Assembly (NCBI GenBank): GCA_963832225.1
Contig: CAWHTI010000012.1
Span: 690,692-754,691 of the forward strand
Source: an uncultured Actinomycetes bacterium
GTDB lineage: Bacteria > Actinomycetota > UBA4738 > HRBIN12
DNA: 64,000 nt
Direction of reading: 5' to 3'
Of the stretch, positions 48,205 through 57,689 are shown in pieces. The notes beneath the pieces were generated by a model. It worked only from the letters and a program-made list of their open reading frames with translations, was not told where the DNA came from and searched no databases. The stretch's first letter is position 1. Each line of letters begins with the position of its first letter. A program made the position numbers and the translations under genes.

Positions 48205-50718
48205 ATGAGCACGCGGCCGCCAGAGGCTCCCTTCGAGACGATCGATCTCTCCGCCGTCTGCAACGTGACGTGGGACGCGTTCCGAGGTGGCACGGACGAA
48301 GCGGAAGCGCCCACGGGTGAACGGTCCTACCGAGGGATCCCGTTCCTCGTCGGTGCTCGGGACGGCTCGGCACGGCTGATCGCGCTCGGCGGGGAGGGAG
48401 CGGATCGTCTCCGGATCCCGATCGGCCGGCGGGCCAGACACGTCGTGTTCGCGCACTGCCTGCATCATCACGACGACTCGCTCGATCCGGGGGAGCCGTG
48501 TGCCACGTACGAGTTCGCGTTCGAGGACGGGGACGTCGTCGAGGTCCCCATCCGGATCCGGATGGAGATCGGCGCCGCGGACGACCCGTGGGGACTGCAC
48601 CCCCTGCTGGCGCGGAGCGACCGGATGGCGGCGGTGATGCCGCGTCACGAGGGAGCCTGGATCGACGCGGGGATTCGGCAGACGGAGGTCGACGGCGAGC
48701 TCCCGGTCGACCACTTCTATCTGTGGGCGTGGACGAACCCGCGACCCGACCAGACGATCGAGGCGGTGTCCGTCCGAGCCGCCGGACCGCCCTTCGCGAT
48801 CGGCGCCATCACGCTGGGGCACCTGGAGGAGCCGGTCTTCTTCCGCGCCGCCAGACGCGCGGTGCGGATCGACCTGCCCGATCCCGCCGACGCCGCCAGG
48901 CCGTTCGCTCTGGAGGTCGAGGTCGATCGCGGCGTGGCCACCTACCCGTACCCGCTGCCCGGGGAGGGGCCGGAGGCGTTCCTGGACGATCCCCTGCGCG
49001 GCTTCGGTCAGCCGTGGGATCGCTCGAGCAGCCCCGCGTACGTCGAGATCGCGGCGAGTCCCTCGGCGACGGTCACGCTCCGGCAGGGGGACGAGGTGCT
49101 CGGCTCGTTCTCCTACGGTGACCTCGAGGCGAGCGAGCGGCTCGAGCCCTCCGAGCGGCTGCGCGTCGAGCTGTCGGATCCCGGTCGGAACTGGGTCCGC
49201 ACCGTCGTGGTCGACGACCGGACCGGCGAACCGATCCCGTGCCGGATCCATCTCCGCTCGCGCGACGGGATCCCGTTCCAGCCGCACGGGCACCACTCGC
49301 ACATCGTCTCGGACCTGTCGCCCTGGAACGTCGACGTCGGCGGCGATCTGCAGCTCGGCCACGCGACGTACGCGTACATCGACGGGCGGTGCGAGGGGTG
49401 GTTGCCGCGAGGCGATGTGATCGTCGACGTCGCCCGGGGGTTCGAGTACGAACCGCTCCGGCAGACGGTCCGGATCGAGCCCGGACAGCGGGACCTCACC
49501 CTCCGCCTCAGACGATCCGTCGACATGGCCGCCGAGGGCTACTACAGCGGTGACACCCACGTGCATTTCCTGTCGACGCCGGGCGCGCACCTGGAGGCCG
49601 CCGCCGAGGGAGTGAACGTCGTGAACCTGCTGCAGGCGCAGTGGGGGCACCTGTTCACGAGCACCGAGGAGTTCACCGGTGAGCCGAGCTCCGGCCACGG
49701 CGGAGAGACGATCGTGTACGTGGGCCAAGAGAATCGCCAGCACACGCTCGGACATCTCGGTCTGCTCGGGCTGACGCGGCCGGTCATGCCCTGGAGCTCG
49801 GACGGTCCGGACGAGGCCGAGCTCGGCGGCAACCTGGAGACCTCGCTGTCGCGCTGGGCGGACGCCTGCCACGAGCAGGGGGGCACGGTCGTGCTCCCGC
49901 ACTTCCCCTACCCCTACTGCGAGGGGGCCGCCCTGATCGCGACCGGACGGACGGACGCGGTGGAGTGGCTCCTGCAGGATCCCGGCGGCCATCGGGAGCT
50001 CTACCGGTACCTCAACCTCGGGTACCGGCTGCCGCTCGCGGGCGGGACGGACAAGATGGGTTCGGACACGGCGGTCGGTCTGTGCCGCACGTACGTGCGG
50101 ATCCCCGCGGCCGAGCCGTTCACGTACGAGACCTGGTGCCGCAACCTCCGGGCGGGGCACACGTTCATGACCACCGGGCCGCTCCTCGACCTGCAGGTCG
50201 AGGGCGCGGGCCCGGGCGATGACGTCCGGATGTCGGCGGGGGGTGGCACCGTCGCCGTCCAGGCGACGGTCCGGAGCATCTTCCCGATCCACACGCTGCA
50301 GATCGTGATGAACGGCGAGGTCGTTGCGAGCACGGAGAGCTCCTCCGGTGAGCGAGCGCTGAGCATCAGCGAGACGATCGCGGTCGATCGGCACTCGTGG
50401 ATCGCGGCCCGATGCGGCGGGCCGGGCTACTTCGGAGGCACGCCGCACCGTGACGAGTGGGCGCGACCGATCTTCGCGCACACGTCGGCCGTGTACGTCG
50501 GGGTGGGCGGACCCTGGGAGATGTTCGACCCGGAGCTGGCGAGGGCCCCGCTCGCGCTGCTCGAGGGTGGTGTGCGGTACATCCGTGAGCACGGTCTGCA
50601 GTGGGAGGCCGATCGTGTGACCCACCATCACGAGGCACCCGATCACGTCGCATACGTCGAGGCGCCGATGCGGGAGGCGATCGAGCGGCTCGAGGAGCGG
50701 GTCCGTCGGGGACGCTGA
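48205..50718 (+). CDS. large PHP-domain (CehA/McbA-like) metallohydrolase-like protein with N-terminal domain of unknown function
   Basis: Intact 837 aa; C-terminal half has PHP/amidohydrolase-like metal-ligand motifs (YYSGDTHVHF, VNLLQAQWGH, NRQHTLGHLG, HFPYPYCEG); start codon abuts stop of the last permease. Confidence 0.55.
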   Translation: MSTRPPEAPFETIDLSAVCNVTWDAFRGGTDEAEAPTGERSYRGIPFLVGARDGSARLIALGGEGADRLRIPIGRRARHVVFAHCLHHHDDSLDPGEPCATYEFAFEDGDVVEVPIRIRMEIGAADDPWGLHPLLARSDRMAAVMPRHEGAWIDAGIRQTEVDGELPVDHFYLWAWTNPRPDQTIEAVSVRAAGPPFAIGAITLGHLEEPVFFRAARRAVRIDLPDPADAARPFALEVEVDRGVATYPYPLPGEGPEAFLDDPLRGFGQPWDRSSSPAYVEIAASPSATVTLRQGDEVLGSFSYGDLEASERLEPSERLRVELSDPGRNWVRTVVVDDRTGEPIPCRIHLRSRDGIPFQPHGHHSHIVSDLSPWNVDVGGDLQLGHATYAYIDGRCEGWLPRGDVIVDVARGFEYEPLRQTVRIEPGQRDLTLRLRRSVDMAAEGYYSGDTHVHFLSTPGAHLEAAAEGVNVVNLLQAQWGHLFTSTEEFTGEPSSGHGGETIVYVGQENRQHTLGHLGLLGLTRPVMPWSSDGPDEAELGGNLETSLSRWADACHEQGGTVVLPHFPYPYCEGAALIATGRTDAVEWLLQDPGGHRELYRYLNLGYRLPLAGGTDKMGSDTAVGLCRTYVRIPAAEPFTYETWCRNLRAGHTFMTTGPLLDLQVEGAGPGDDVRMSAGGGTVAVQATVRSIFPIHTLQIVMNGEVVASTESSSGERALSISETIAVDRHSWIAARCGGPGYFGGTPHRDEWARPIFAHTSAVYVGVGGPWEMFDPELARAPLALLEGGVRYIREHGLQWEADRVTHHHEAPDHVAYVEAPMREAIERLEERVRRGR

Positions 50719-50797
50719 GTATCGGTCGGGTGTTAGCCGCCGCCGTTCTCGGGCAGCAGGCCGGGCACGGAGCGCGTCCGGCGGGCGAGTTCGTCGC

Positions 50798-52162
50798 TCA
50801 CGCCGGTCTCTCGGTGGGGCCCGGGTGCCCCCAAACCCGCGGCGGCCCGCCGTGGGCGAGCGCCGACGCCACCAGTCCGGCCCACCCGAGCAGGAGCTCG
50901 TCGTGCCCAGGCGCCGCGACGAGTTGGAGGCCCAGCGGCATCCCCTCGGGCCCGTCGAGGATCGGCAGCGACACGCAGGGGAGACCGGCGTACGACCAGA
51001 GGCCGGTCATCCAGCTGTCGCCCGTGTCGTCGTAGCCGATCGGGGCGACGCCGGTCGCCGAGGGGCAGACCCAGCAGTCGACCCCCGCCGTGGACATGCG
51101 CTCCACCAGCAGCTCGGTGAGCACGGGCTGAGCGGCACGGCACTCCCGCAGACGCTCGGCCGCGATCCCGCGTCCCGCCCGGATCGCCGCTGCCGTTCGA
51201 GGGCGATAGAGGGGTGCGAAGCGATCGAACCATCCGGCGTGCGCGAGCGCCATCTCGGCGTGCAGGAGATCGCCGACGCGCATGCTCCAGTCCCGAAGCT
51301 CCGCGGGCGTGTCCCACGGGACGCTCGCAGACCTGAGATCGAAGCCACGATCGCGGAGCACGTCGAGGTGCATCTGATGGGCAGCCCAGCCCCGAACGCC
51401 CGGTGGCTGGGGCCACCACGTCTCGGGCACGCCGATGGCGGGGTGCCGGGAGGAGGCGGGCTCGTGCCAGTCCGGGATGACCGCCCGGGCCGCGCCGTGC
51501 ACGTCCGCGACGTCGGACGCGAGGAACCCGACGGTGTCGATCGACGGCGAGAGCGGCAGTCCGTCGAACGCCAGGCGGCCGAACGTGGGCTTGTATCCGA
51601 CGACGCCGCAGTAGGCGGCCGGCACCACGATCGATTGCAACGTCTGTGAGCCTATGGCCACCCGGCAGATCCCGGCCGCGACCGCGGCCGCCGATCCGCC
51701 ACTGGATCCGCCCGGTGTCCGTCTAGGGTCGCGCGGGTTCTTCGTCGTCGGCGGTTCGCAGTAGGCGAACTCGTCCATGGCCGTCTTGCCCAGCACGATC
51801 GCCCCGGCGCGTCGCAGCTCCCGGACGATCGCCGACTCTTCGCCGTCGAAGAGCGATACGGGCAGGCGCGACCCGCCCGTGGTGGGCAGGCCCTCGACCC
51901 GGTAGAGATCCTTCACCCCCACCGCGACGCCGTGGAGCGGCCCGTCGGCAGGACGGGTGGATCCGAGTCGGATCCTGCGGTCCGGCTCGTCCACGAACGC
52001 GTTGACGCCCGGGTCGATCGCCTCGAGCCGTTCGAGGGCGGTTGGCACGTCAGGTTCGAAGCCCGCCTCGCCGCCCCGATGCAGATCCGGTGTCTCGCGG
52101 GGGTCGGATGGCGTCGCGCCTGCAGGATCATGCACGGCCCTCACTGTGGCATGTCGGGCCAT
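50798..52162 (-). CDS. amidase (amidase-signature family, GatA-like)
   Basis: AS signature GGSSGGSAAAVAAG and Ser-cisSer-Lys region (GVKDLY...); 455 aa from ATG at 52162. Confidence 0.8.
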   Translation of the reverse strand: MARHATVRAVHDPAGATPSDPRETPDLHRGGEAGFEPDVPTALERLEAIDPGVNAFVDEPDRRIRLGSTRPADGPLHGVAVGVKDLYRVEGLPTTGGSRLPVSLFDGEESAIVRELRRAGAIVLGKTAMDEFAYCEPPTTKNPRDPRRTPGGSSGGSAAAVAAGICRVAIGSQTLQSIVVPAAYCGVVGYKPTFGRLAFDGLPLSPSIDTVGFLASDVADVHGAARAVIPDWHEPASSRHPAIGVPETWWPQPPGVRGWAAHQMHLDVLRDRGFDLRSASVPWDTPAELRDWSMRVGDLLHAEMALAHAGWFDRFAPLYRPRTAAAIRAGRGIAAERLRECRAAQPVLTELLVERMSTAGVDCWVCPSATGVAPIGYDDTGDSWMTGLWSYAGLPCVSLPILDGPEGMPLGLQLVAAPGHDELLLGWAGLVASALAHGGPPRVWGHPGPTERPA

Positions 52163-52320
52163 TCGAATGCGACCACGTCGGCAGGTCCACCGTCCGCCTA
52201 CGATGCCTTCGCCGTGATCCACCCTCCGATGGTCCGGGGTTGCGCTGTTCCGGGGCAAGGTGTAGAAGTTGTGGATCGCGCTCAGGCGATTGCCCGCCAG
52301 CGTGAGAGGCGGCTTCGAGG

Positions 52321-53283
52321 ATGCCGATCGGTCGGCGCCGAGCTTCGGGCAACGGTGGGGGTCCGCTCCTCCGCGCCTGCCTCCTCTGCCTCGCGACAAC
52401 CTTGGTCTGCGCGCTGATCGTGACGCCTGCGCTGGCGACGTTCCCCGGCGCCGACGGGCGGATCGCGTTCGTAAGCGAACGCGCGGGATCGCCGCAGATC
52501 TTCTCGATGGCCCCGGATGGGAGTGACGTTCGCCAGCTCACCTCATTCGAGAAGGCGCTGGCATTCGACCCGGCGTGGGCTCCCGACGGCAGCACGATCG
52601 CCTTCATGAAGGTCCCCACCGGCAGGCGGCTGGACTCGATCTGGGTCATGGATGCCGACGGCACCGACCAGCATCGGGTAGTGGGGGACCGATGGTTCCG
52701 CTACATCCAGCCGAGCTACTCGCCGGACGGATCGACGATCGTCTTCTCGCGCTGCTATCCGAACTTCACGGCGTGCGACCTGGAGACCGCGGACGCGGGC
52801 GGCGGCAATATCCAGCGCCTCACGCCGTTCGTGCCCGACGTCTACGACCAGGCGGCGCAGTTCTCTCCCGACGGAACCCAGATCGCCTTCTCGGGCTACG
52901 GCCGAGAAGGGGTGGTGGCCGCAACGTACGTCATGGCGTCGAACGGCACGGACATCACGCGTGTCACGCCGGTGCGCCTGGGAGCCTCGGGGCCGGACTG
53001 GGCGCCGGACGGGTCCATGCTCGCCGTATGGACCCACTGCTGCGACCCGAAGATCGCGGAGATCGCCTCGCTAAACCCGGACGGAACCGGCCTCGCGACG
53101 TTGACCGACCCGGCCCCGTCGCACGACTTCCTTCCCGCCTACTCGCCCAGCGGTGAGGCGATCGTGTTCGAACGCGACCTCCCCGACTTCTCTCGCTTCG
53201 ACATCTGGGTCATGGCTTCCGACGGTTCCGAACAGACACGGCTCACGAGGGACGGGTATGCGCCGGCGTGGGGGCCGGCATGA
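52321..53283 (+). CDS. secreted TolB-like PD40 beta-propeller protein
   Basis: Signal peptide; PD40 units (WAPDGSTIAF, YSPDGSTIVFS, FSPDGTQIAFS, WAPDGSMLA, YSPSGEAIVF). Confidence 0.7.
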   Translation: MPIGRRRASGNGGGPLLRACLLCLATTLVCALIVTPALATFPGADGRIAFVSERAGSPQIFSMAPDGSDVRQLTSFEKALAFDPAWAPDGSTIAFMKVPTGRRLDSIWVMDADGTDQHRVVGDRWFRYIQPSYSPDGSTIVFSRCYPNFTACDLETADAGGGNIQRLTPFVPDVYDQAAQFSPDGTQIAFSGYGREGVVAATYVMASNGTDITRVTPVRLGASGPDWAPDGSMLAVWTHCCDPKIAEIASLNPDGTGLATLTDPAPSHDFLPAYSPSGEAIVFERDLPDFSRFDIWVMASDGSEQTRLTRDGYAPAWGPA

Positions 53284-54314
53284 TCGTGAGCGCCGTTGCG
53301 ACGATGCGAACGGGAGGACGCGGGCTCCCGGCTGGCCGTACCTGGCTCCGCCGTCTCGTCGCCTTCGGTACGGTGCTGATCTCGATGACGCCGTCCCTCT
53401 CCGCCGCACCGCAGGCCTCCGCGACGTACCCGGGTGTCAACGGGCGGATCGCGTTCACGGCCAATCTGACCGGGAGGAGCTGGCAGCTGTACACGATGGC
53501 GGTGAACGGCACGGACGTGCGGCAGCTCACGCACATCCCAGGGTCGGCCGACGTCTCGCTGGCGCCCGATTGGTCCCCCGATGGGACGCAGATCGTGTTC
53601 CACAGCAGCAAGAGCGGCCGGCTCGCGCTCTACGTGATCGATGCGGACGGTACCGGGAGGCATCGCGTCTTCTTCGATTCCAAGCACGATCTCTTCCCGA
53701 CATGGTCACCGGACGGGTCGACGATCCTGTTCTCCCGGGTCTTCCGCTCGACCGGCAACGCGGCGCTGTTCACGATCCACGCCGACGGAACGGCGCTCAC
53801 ACGCATCACGGGCGCCCGCGTCGATCATGCCGGGGCCCGATACACGCCCGACGGTTCGCGGATCCTGTACAACCGGTCGGGAGACGGCGAGATCGCCTCC
53901 ATCTGGAGCATCGCCGCCGACGGGTCGGACCCCAGGCGGCTCACGCCGACGGCGATCCGTGCCGGGTTCTTCGACATCTCACCCGATGGATCGAAGGTGG
54001 TCTTCTACGACGGCCAGAACGGACCGCTGCCGAACTCCCTGTGGATGATGGACATCGACGGTGGTGGCCTCGTTCAGTTGACCGACGCCGAGTGCTGCTA
54101 CCACGACGTGGGTCCCGGCTTCTCGCCCGACGGCACGAGGATCCTGTTCACCACGGATCGGAACTACGTGCGCGAGTGCTGCGCCGAGCTCTGGTCGATG
54201 GACACGGACGGTTCTCATGTGCTGGAGCTCACCTCGAACCTCACGGTCGGCGGTTGCCCCAGCCGGGAACTCGGCAACTGCTCGTACGGCGATTGGGGTC
54301 CGGCCGCGGCGTAA
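53280..54314 (+). CDS. secreted TolB-like PD40 beta-propeller protein (tandem paralog)
   Basis: Start overlaps previous gene stop; PD40 units (WSPDGTQIVF, WSPDGSTILFS, YTPDGSRILY, ISPDGSKVVF, FSPDGTRILF). Confidence 0.7.
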   Translation: MIVSAVATMRTGGRGLPAGRTWLRRLVAFGTVLISMTPSLSAAPQASATYPGVNGRIAFTANLTGRSWQLYTMAVNGTDVRQLTHIPGSADVSLAPDWSPDGTQIVFHSSKSGRLALYVIDADGTGRHRVFFDSKHDLFPTWSPDGSTILFSRVFRSTGNAALFTIHADGTALTRITGARVDHAGARYTPDGSRILYNRSGDGEIASIWSIAADGSDPRRLTPTAIRAGFFDISPDGSKVVFYDGQNGPLPNSLWMMDIDGGGLVQLTDAECCYHDVGPGFSPDGTRILFTTDRNYVRECCAELWSMDTDGSHVLELTSNLTVGGCPSRELGNCSYGDWGPAAA

Positions 54315-54364
54315 CGCGGATCAGTGGACAAACGATGTCGGCGGAACACACTGCTACCCGACGG

Positions 54365-54958
54365 CCGAGCTGAGGTGCGTTCATTCTGTTCTCGCTCCCC
54401 GGCACACCGGTGCTGTTCTACGGGGAGGAGATCGGCATGGGTGAGAATCTCGCGATCGACGGGCGGGCGAGCGTGCGCTCGCCGATGCAGTGGACCGACG
54501 AGAAGAACGGCGGATTCTCGGGTGCGGCCCCCTCGCGCCTCCGCCGCCCGGTGGTCGATGGCAGGTTCGGACCGCTCGCCGTGAACGTGGCGGCACAGCG
54601 ACGAGACCCGGATTCCCTGCTGAACTGGATGGAGCGTGTGATCCGCCGCCGGCGCGAGACACCGGAGCTCGGGTGGGGGTCCTGGCAGGTGCTCGAGACC
54701 GACTCACCGGCGGTTCTGGCGCACCGGTGTGACTGGGAAAACCGCCGGATCGTGGCGGTGCACAACCTCGGCGAGGAGCCGAGCGTCGTCCGCATCCAGC
54801 TCGGGGGTGACATCCCGAGCGGCGCCCGTCTGCACGATCTGCTGGCCGAGTCGGCCGAGGCGCACGAGATCGAGACCGACGCACTGGACCTCAAGCTCGA
54901 GGGATACGGGTTCCGCTGGCTCAGGCTGCAGTCACCCGGGCAGCACACGGCGCCGTGA
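54365..54958 (+). pseudogene. glycoside hydrolase family 13 (trehalose synthase / alpha-amylase-like) remnant, 5'-truncated
   Basis: Begins abruptly with GH13 conserved region VII (FSLPGTPVLFYGEEIGMGENL) and the C-terminal beta-sandwich domain only; about 195 aa of an expected ~600. Confidence 0.6.
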
Positions 54959-54990
54959 GCCACGGCGATCCGGCCACTGCCGCCGCTGGC

Positions 54991-55575
54991 TCATTCCGTG
55001 GGTCTCCCGTCGAATCCCCGCTGAGCGAGCCCGCGCAGCGCGCGATGTTGCAGGACTCGAACGGTGCCTTGTCGCTTGGCGAGGACCTCGGCGACCTCCG
55101 AGACCGTGAGGCCGGCAACCACCCGCAGAAGGAGAACGTCCGCCTGATCGGGAGAGAGGGCGGTGAGTCGAGAGATCGTTCGGTCCGCTTCGATCCGGTT
55201 CACTGCCTCTTCCTCCGCGTCTCCGGTGGCCCCGAGCGCGGCGAGGACATCGGGCGGAACCGACACGGCGCGTCGACGCTCGACCTTCCGACGCAGGTCC
55301 AGCATCCGTCGCCGGGCGATCGTGAAGATCCAGGCGTGGAAGTCGCCCTCGTCTCCGGAGAACCGACGCAGACCTTGGGCGACGCCGATCCAGACCTCCG
55401 ATGCCAGGTCGTCAGCGGAGGTGGGCTCGTGCAGGGCGAGGTACCGCAGGAGTCGCGGCTGGAGATCTCGATAGATGGCGGCGAGCGCCCACTCGGCTCC
55501 CGTTCGAGCCGCGTCGAGGACGGCGGGAAAATCGCTTCCGATGGTCATCGAGGGGACCGGAAGTGTAACGCTCAT
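54991..55575 (-). CDS. ECF-subfamily RNA polymerase sigma-70 factor
   Basis: Region 2 (LRYLALHEPTSADDLASEVWIGV, FHAWIFTIARRRMLDLRR) and region 4 HTH (LSPDQADVLLLRVVAGLTVSEVAEVLAKRQGTVRVLQHRALRGL); AGGGGG RBS before ATG 55575. Confidence 0.8.
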   Translation of the reverse strand: MSVTLPVPSMTIGSDFPAVLDAARTGAEWALAAIYRDLQPRLLRYLALHEPTSADDLASEVWIGVAQGLRRFSGDEGDFHAWIFTIARRRMLDLRRKVERRRAVSVPPDVLAALGATGDAEEEAVNRIEADRTISRLTALSPDQADVLLLRVVAGLTVSEVAEVLAKRQGTVRVLQHRALRGLAQRGFDGRPTE

Positions 55576-55629
55576 CCCCCTCGGCGCGATGTCTTGAATA
55601 GAGGCCAACCCAGGACAGGAGGTGGATGG

Positions 55630-56037
55630 ATGAAGAAGCTGTTGACAGGTGCTCTCCTCATCGTGCTCTCGGTCGGAACGCTCACACTCGGAACGACGAC
55701 GGTGGCCCTCTCGATCGGCTGCACGATCACGGGCAGCAGCGCATCCGAGAAGATCTGGGGCACTAGGCATGCCGACGTGATCTGCGCTCAGGCGGGCAAC
55801 GATCGCATCATCGCCAGGCGCGGTCGCGACGTGCTGCGCGGCGCCGGTGGCCACGACCGCCTGGTCGCCAGGAGAGGACACGATCGCCTCTTCGGCGGCG
55901 CTCGTGGCGATCGTCTCGTCTCGGCTGATGGTGTCTCCGGCAACGACAGGGTCTTCGGTCGGAGCGGGCACGATGTGTGCCGCATCGACGAAGGGGACTT
56001 CACGTCCGGGTGCGAGCGCGTCGTGATCGTCTCTTAG
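55630..56037 (+). CDS. small secreted protein with degenerate GGxGxD (RTX-like) repeats
   Basis: Signal peptide MKKLLTGALLIVLSVGTLTLG; repeats GNDRIIARRG, GGHDRLVARRG, GGARGDRLVS, GNDRVFGRSG; divergent from ECF sigma gene (55-bp spacer). Confidence 0.5.
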   Translation: MKKLLTGALLIVLSVGTLTLGTTTVALSIGCTITGSSASEKIWGTRHADVICAQAGNDRIIARRGRDVLRGAGGHDRLVARRGHDRLFGGARGDRLVSADGVSGNDRVFGRSGHDVCRIDEGDFTSGCERVVIVS

Positions 56038-56556
56038 GCGAAGCGGTTTCGCACCAGTGCAAACCCGAGGCTCGGGCGATCCCCCCACATGGTCCGAAAC
56101 TCGGTGTGAGGCGGCGACCTGGGGTCTGGCGGAGATCTCTCCAACGACCCCGGGTTGCTGGCTTCACCGCACGACTCAGGCTGGAGTGCAGAGGTTTGCG
56201 AACGATGACCGATGCACCGATCGCCACCATATCGTTCACCTGACTTCATCCTGCTGACGGCCCGATCCTCGGCTGGAGCGCTCCCGTGGACAGCGTGTTC
56301 TCCACAGGCCTGTCGGCGATTCGGAGTCGTTGCGACGCCCCCACCCGGGGCGGCTCCCACGCAAGCGTGGTCCTTCCTGGTGCGCGGGACGACCGCTCGA
56401 CCGCGACCCTTCGAACATGGATGGGCCGTTCGACGTAACGCACGTGCGTCACACGGAGCGTGCCCCGCGTAGGGCAGCCAACTAGCGTCTGACACTCCGC
56501 TACGGGAGGAACCGACGGAGGTGGCTGGATCGATGCGAGGAGCAGAGGGAGTAGCG

Positions 56557-56637
56557 ATGGCCCCGGAGTCGACGCCCGCGAACGTCGAGGCCGTCCTCGA
56601 GGACCTTCCACCGACTATGGCCTGGAGCAACTCATGA
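56557..56637 (+). other. candidate 26-codon upstream ORF (MAPESTPANVEAVLEDLPPTMAWSNS) overlapping the epimerase start by ATGA
   Basis: GAGGGAG RBS 5 nt upstream of ATG; stop TGA overlaps epimerase ATG; speculative. Confidence 0.2.
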
Positions 56638-57650
56638 CGAAGCGAGTATTGGTCACGGGCGCGGGCGGATTCATCGGCCATCACCTCGTCAAATACTTGG
56701 TGAATCGCGGTTACTGGGTACGCGGGGTCGACATCAAGTACCCCGAGTACGAGACTACCTTCGCCCAGGATTTCCAGCGGGCAGACCTGCGCGAGTTCGA
56801 CAACTGCGTCGCGGCAGCGGCCGGAATGAACGAGGTCTATCACCTCGCGGCGGACATGGGCGGCATCGGCTATATCACCGAGTCGCACGCCGTGGTCACG
56901 CGTAACAACATCTTGATCGACGCCAACGTGCTGGGAGCCGCGCGACGAGCCGAGGTCGAGCTGATGTTCTACTCGTCCTCGGCATGCATCTATCCGATGT
57001 ACAAGCAGTACGAGGCTGACGTCACACCGCTCAAGGAGGAGGACGCCTACCCGGCAGATGCCGAGAAGGGATACGGCTGGGAGAAGCTGTGGATGGAACA
57101 GCTGTGCCAGTACTTCCTCGAGGACTACGGCCTGCAGACGCGGGTCGCCAGATTCCACAACGTGTACGGACCGCTCGGCACGTACGATGGAGGCCGGGAG
57201 AAGGCGCCGGCCGCCATCAGCCGCAAGGTCGCACTCGCGAACGAGGGCGACGAGATCGAGGTGTGGGGCGACGGCGAGCAGACTCGATCGTTCATGTACG
57301 TGGACGACTGTGTGGACGGGATCTACCGCCTGACCCAATCTGATCACCATGAGCCGCTCAACCTCGGGTCGGATGAGCTCATCACCATCAATGGGTTGGT
57401 CGACCTGATCTGCGGCGTCGCGGGCAAGACCCTCGTGAAGAAGCACGACCTCTCCAAGCCCCAAGGCGTGCGAGGGCGGAACAGCGACAATACGAAACTC
57501 CGGGAGGTTCTGGGATGGGAGCCGCACTCCTCCTTGCGGGAGGGGCTCGCCGAGACGTACGACTGGATCGAGAAGCAGCTCGTGGGGTCCGGTCGTGGAT
57601 CTTCGGGGCGCACATCGAGCAGCGTCGGCGCAACGGGAGCCAGTCTGTGA
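56634..57650 (+). CDS. NAD-dependent epimerase/dehydratase (GDP-mannose 3,5-epimerase-like sugar-nucleotide epimerase)
   Basis: Rossmann GAGGFIGHHLV, catalytic YxxxK region (YGWEKLWMEQLC), conserved MYVDDCVDGI; GC and codon usage visibly lower than upstream genes. Confidence 0.8.
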   Translation: MTKRVLVTGAGGFIGHHLVKYLVNRGYWVRGVDIKYPEYETTFAQDFQRADLREFDNCVAAAAGMNEVYHLAADMGGIGYITESHAVVTRNNILIDANVLGAARRAEVELMFYSSSACIYPMYKQYEADVTPLKEEDAYPADAEKGYGWEKLWMEQLCQYFLEDYGLQTRVARFHNVYGPLGTYDGGREKAPAAISRKVALANEGDEIEVWGDGEQTRSFMYVDDCVDGIYRLTQSDHHEPLNLGSDELITINGLVDLICGVAGKTLVKKHDLSKPQGVRGRNSDNTKLREVLGWEPHSSLREGLAETYDWIEKQLVGSGRGSSGRTSSSVGATGASL

Positions 57651-57689
57651 TCTCAGCCGAGGGCATCTCTCCGATCACCGGGTCCATTC

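Noticed and set aside
48193-50646. 817-aa minus-strand ORF
   Set aside because: It is antisense to the intact 837-aa PHP-like gene and has an Arg/Pro/Gly-rich, low-complexity composition with no motifs. It is a GC-rich shadow ORF.
56034-57527. 497-aa minus-strand ORF
   Set aside because: Antisense to the clearly conserved epimerase gene and extending through the non-coding leader. No motifs.
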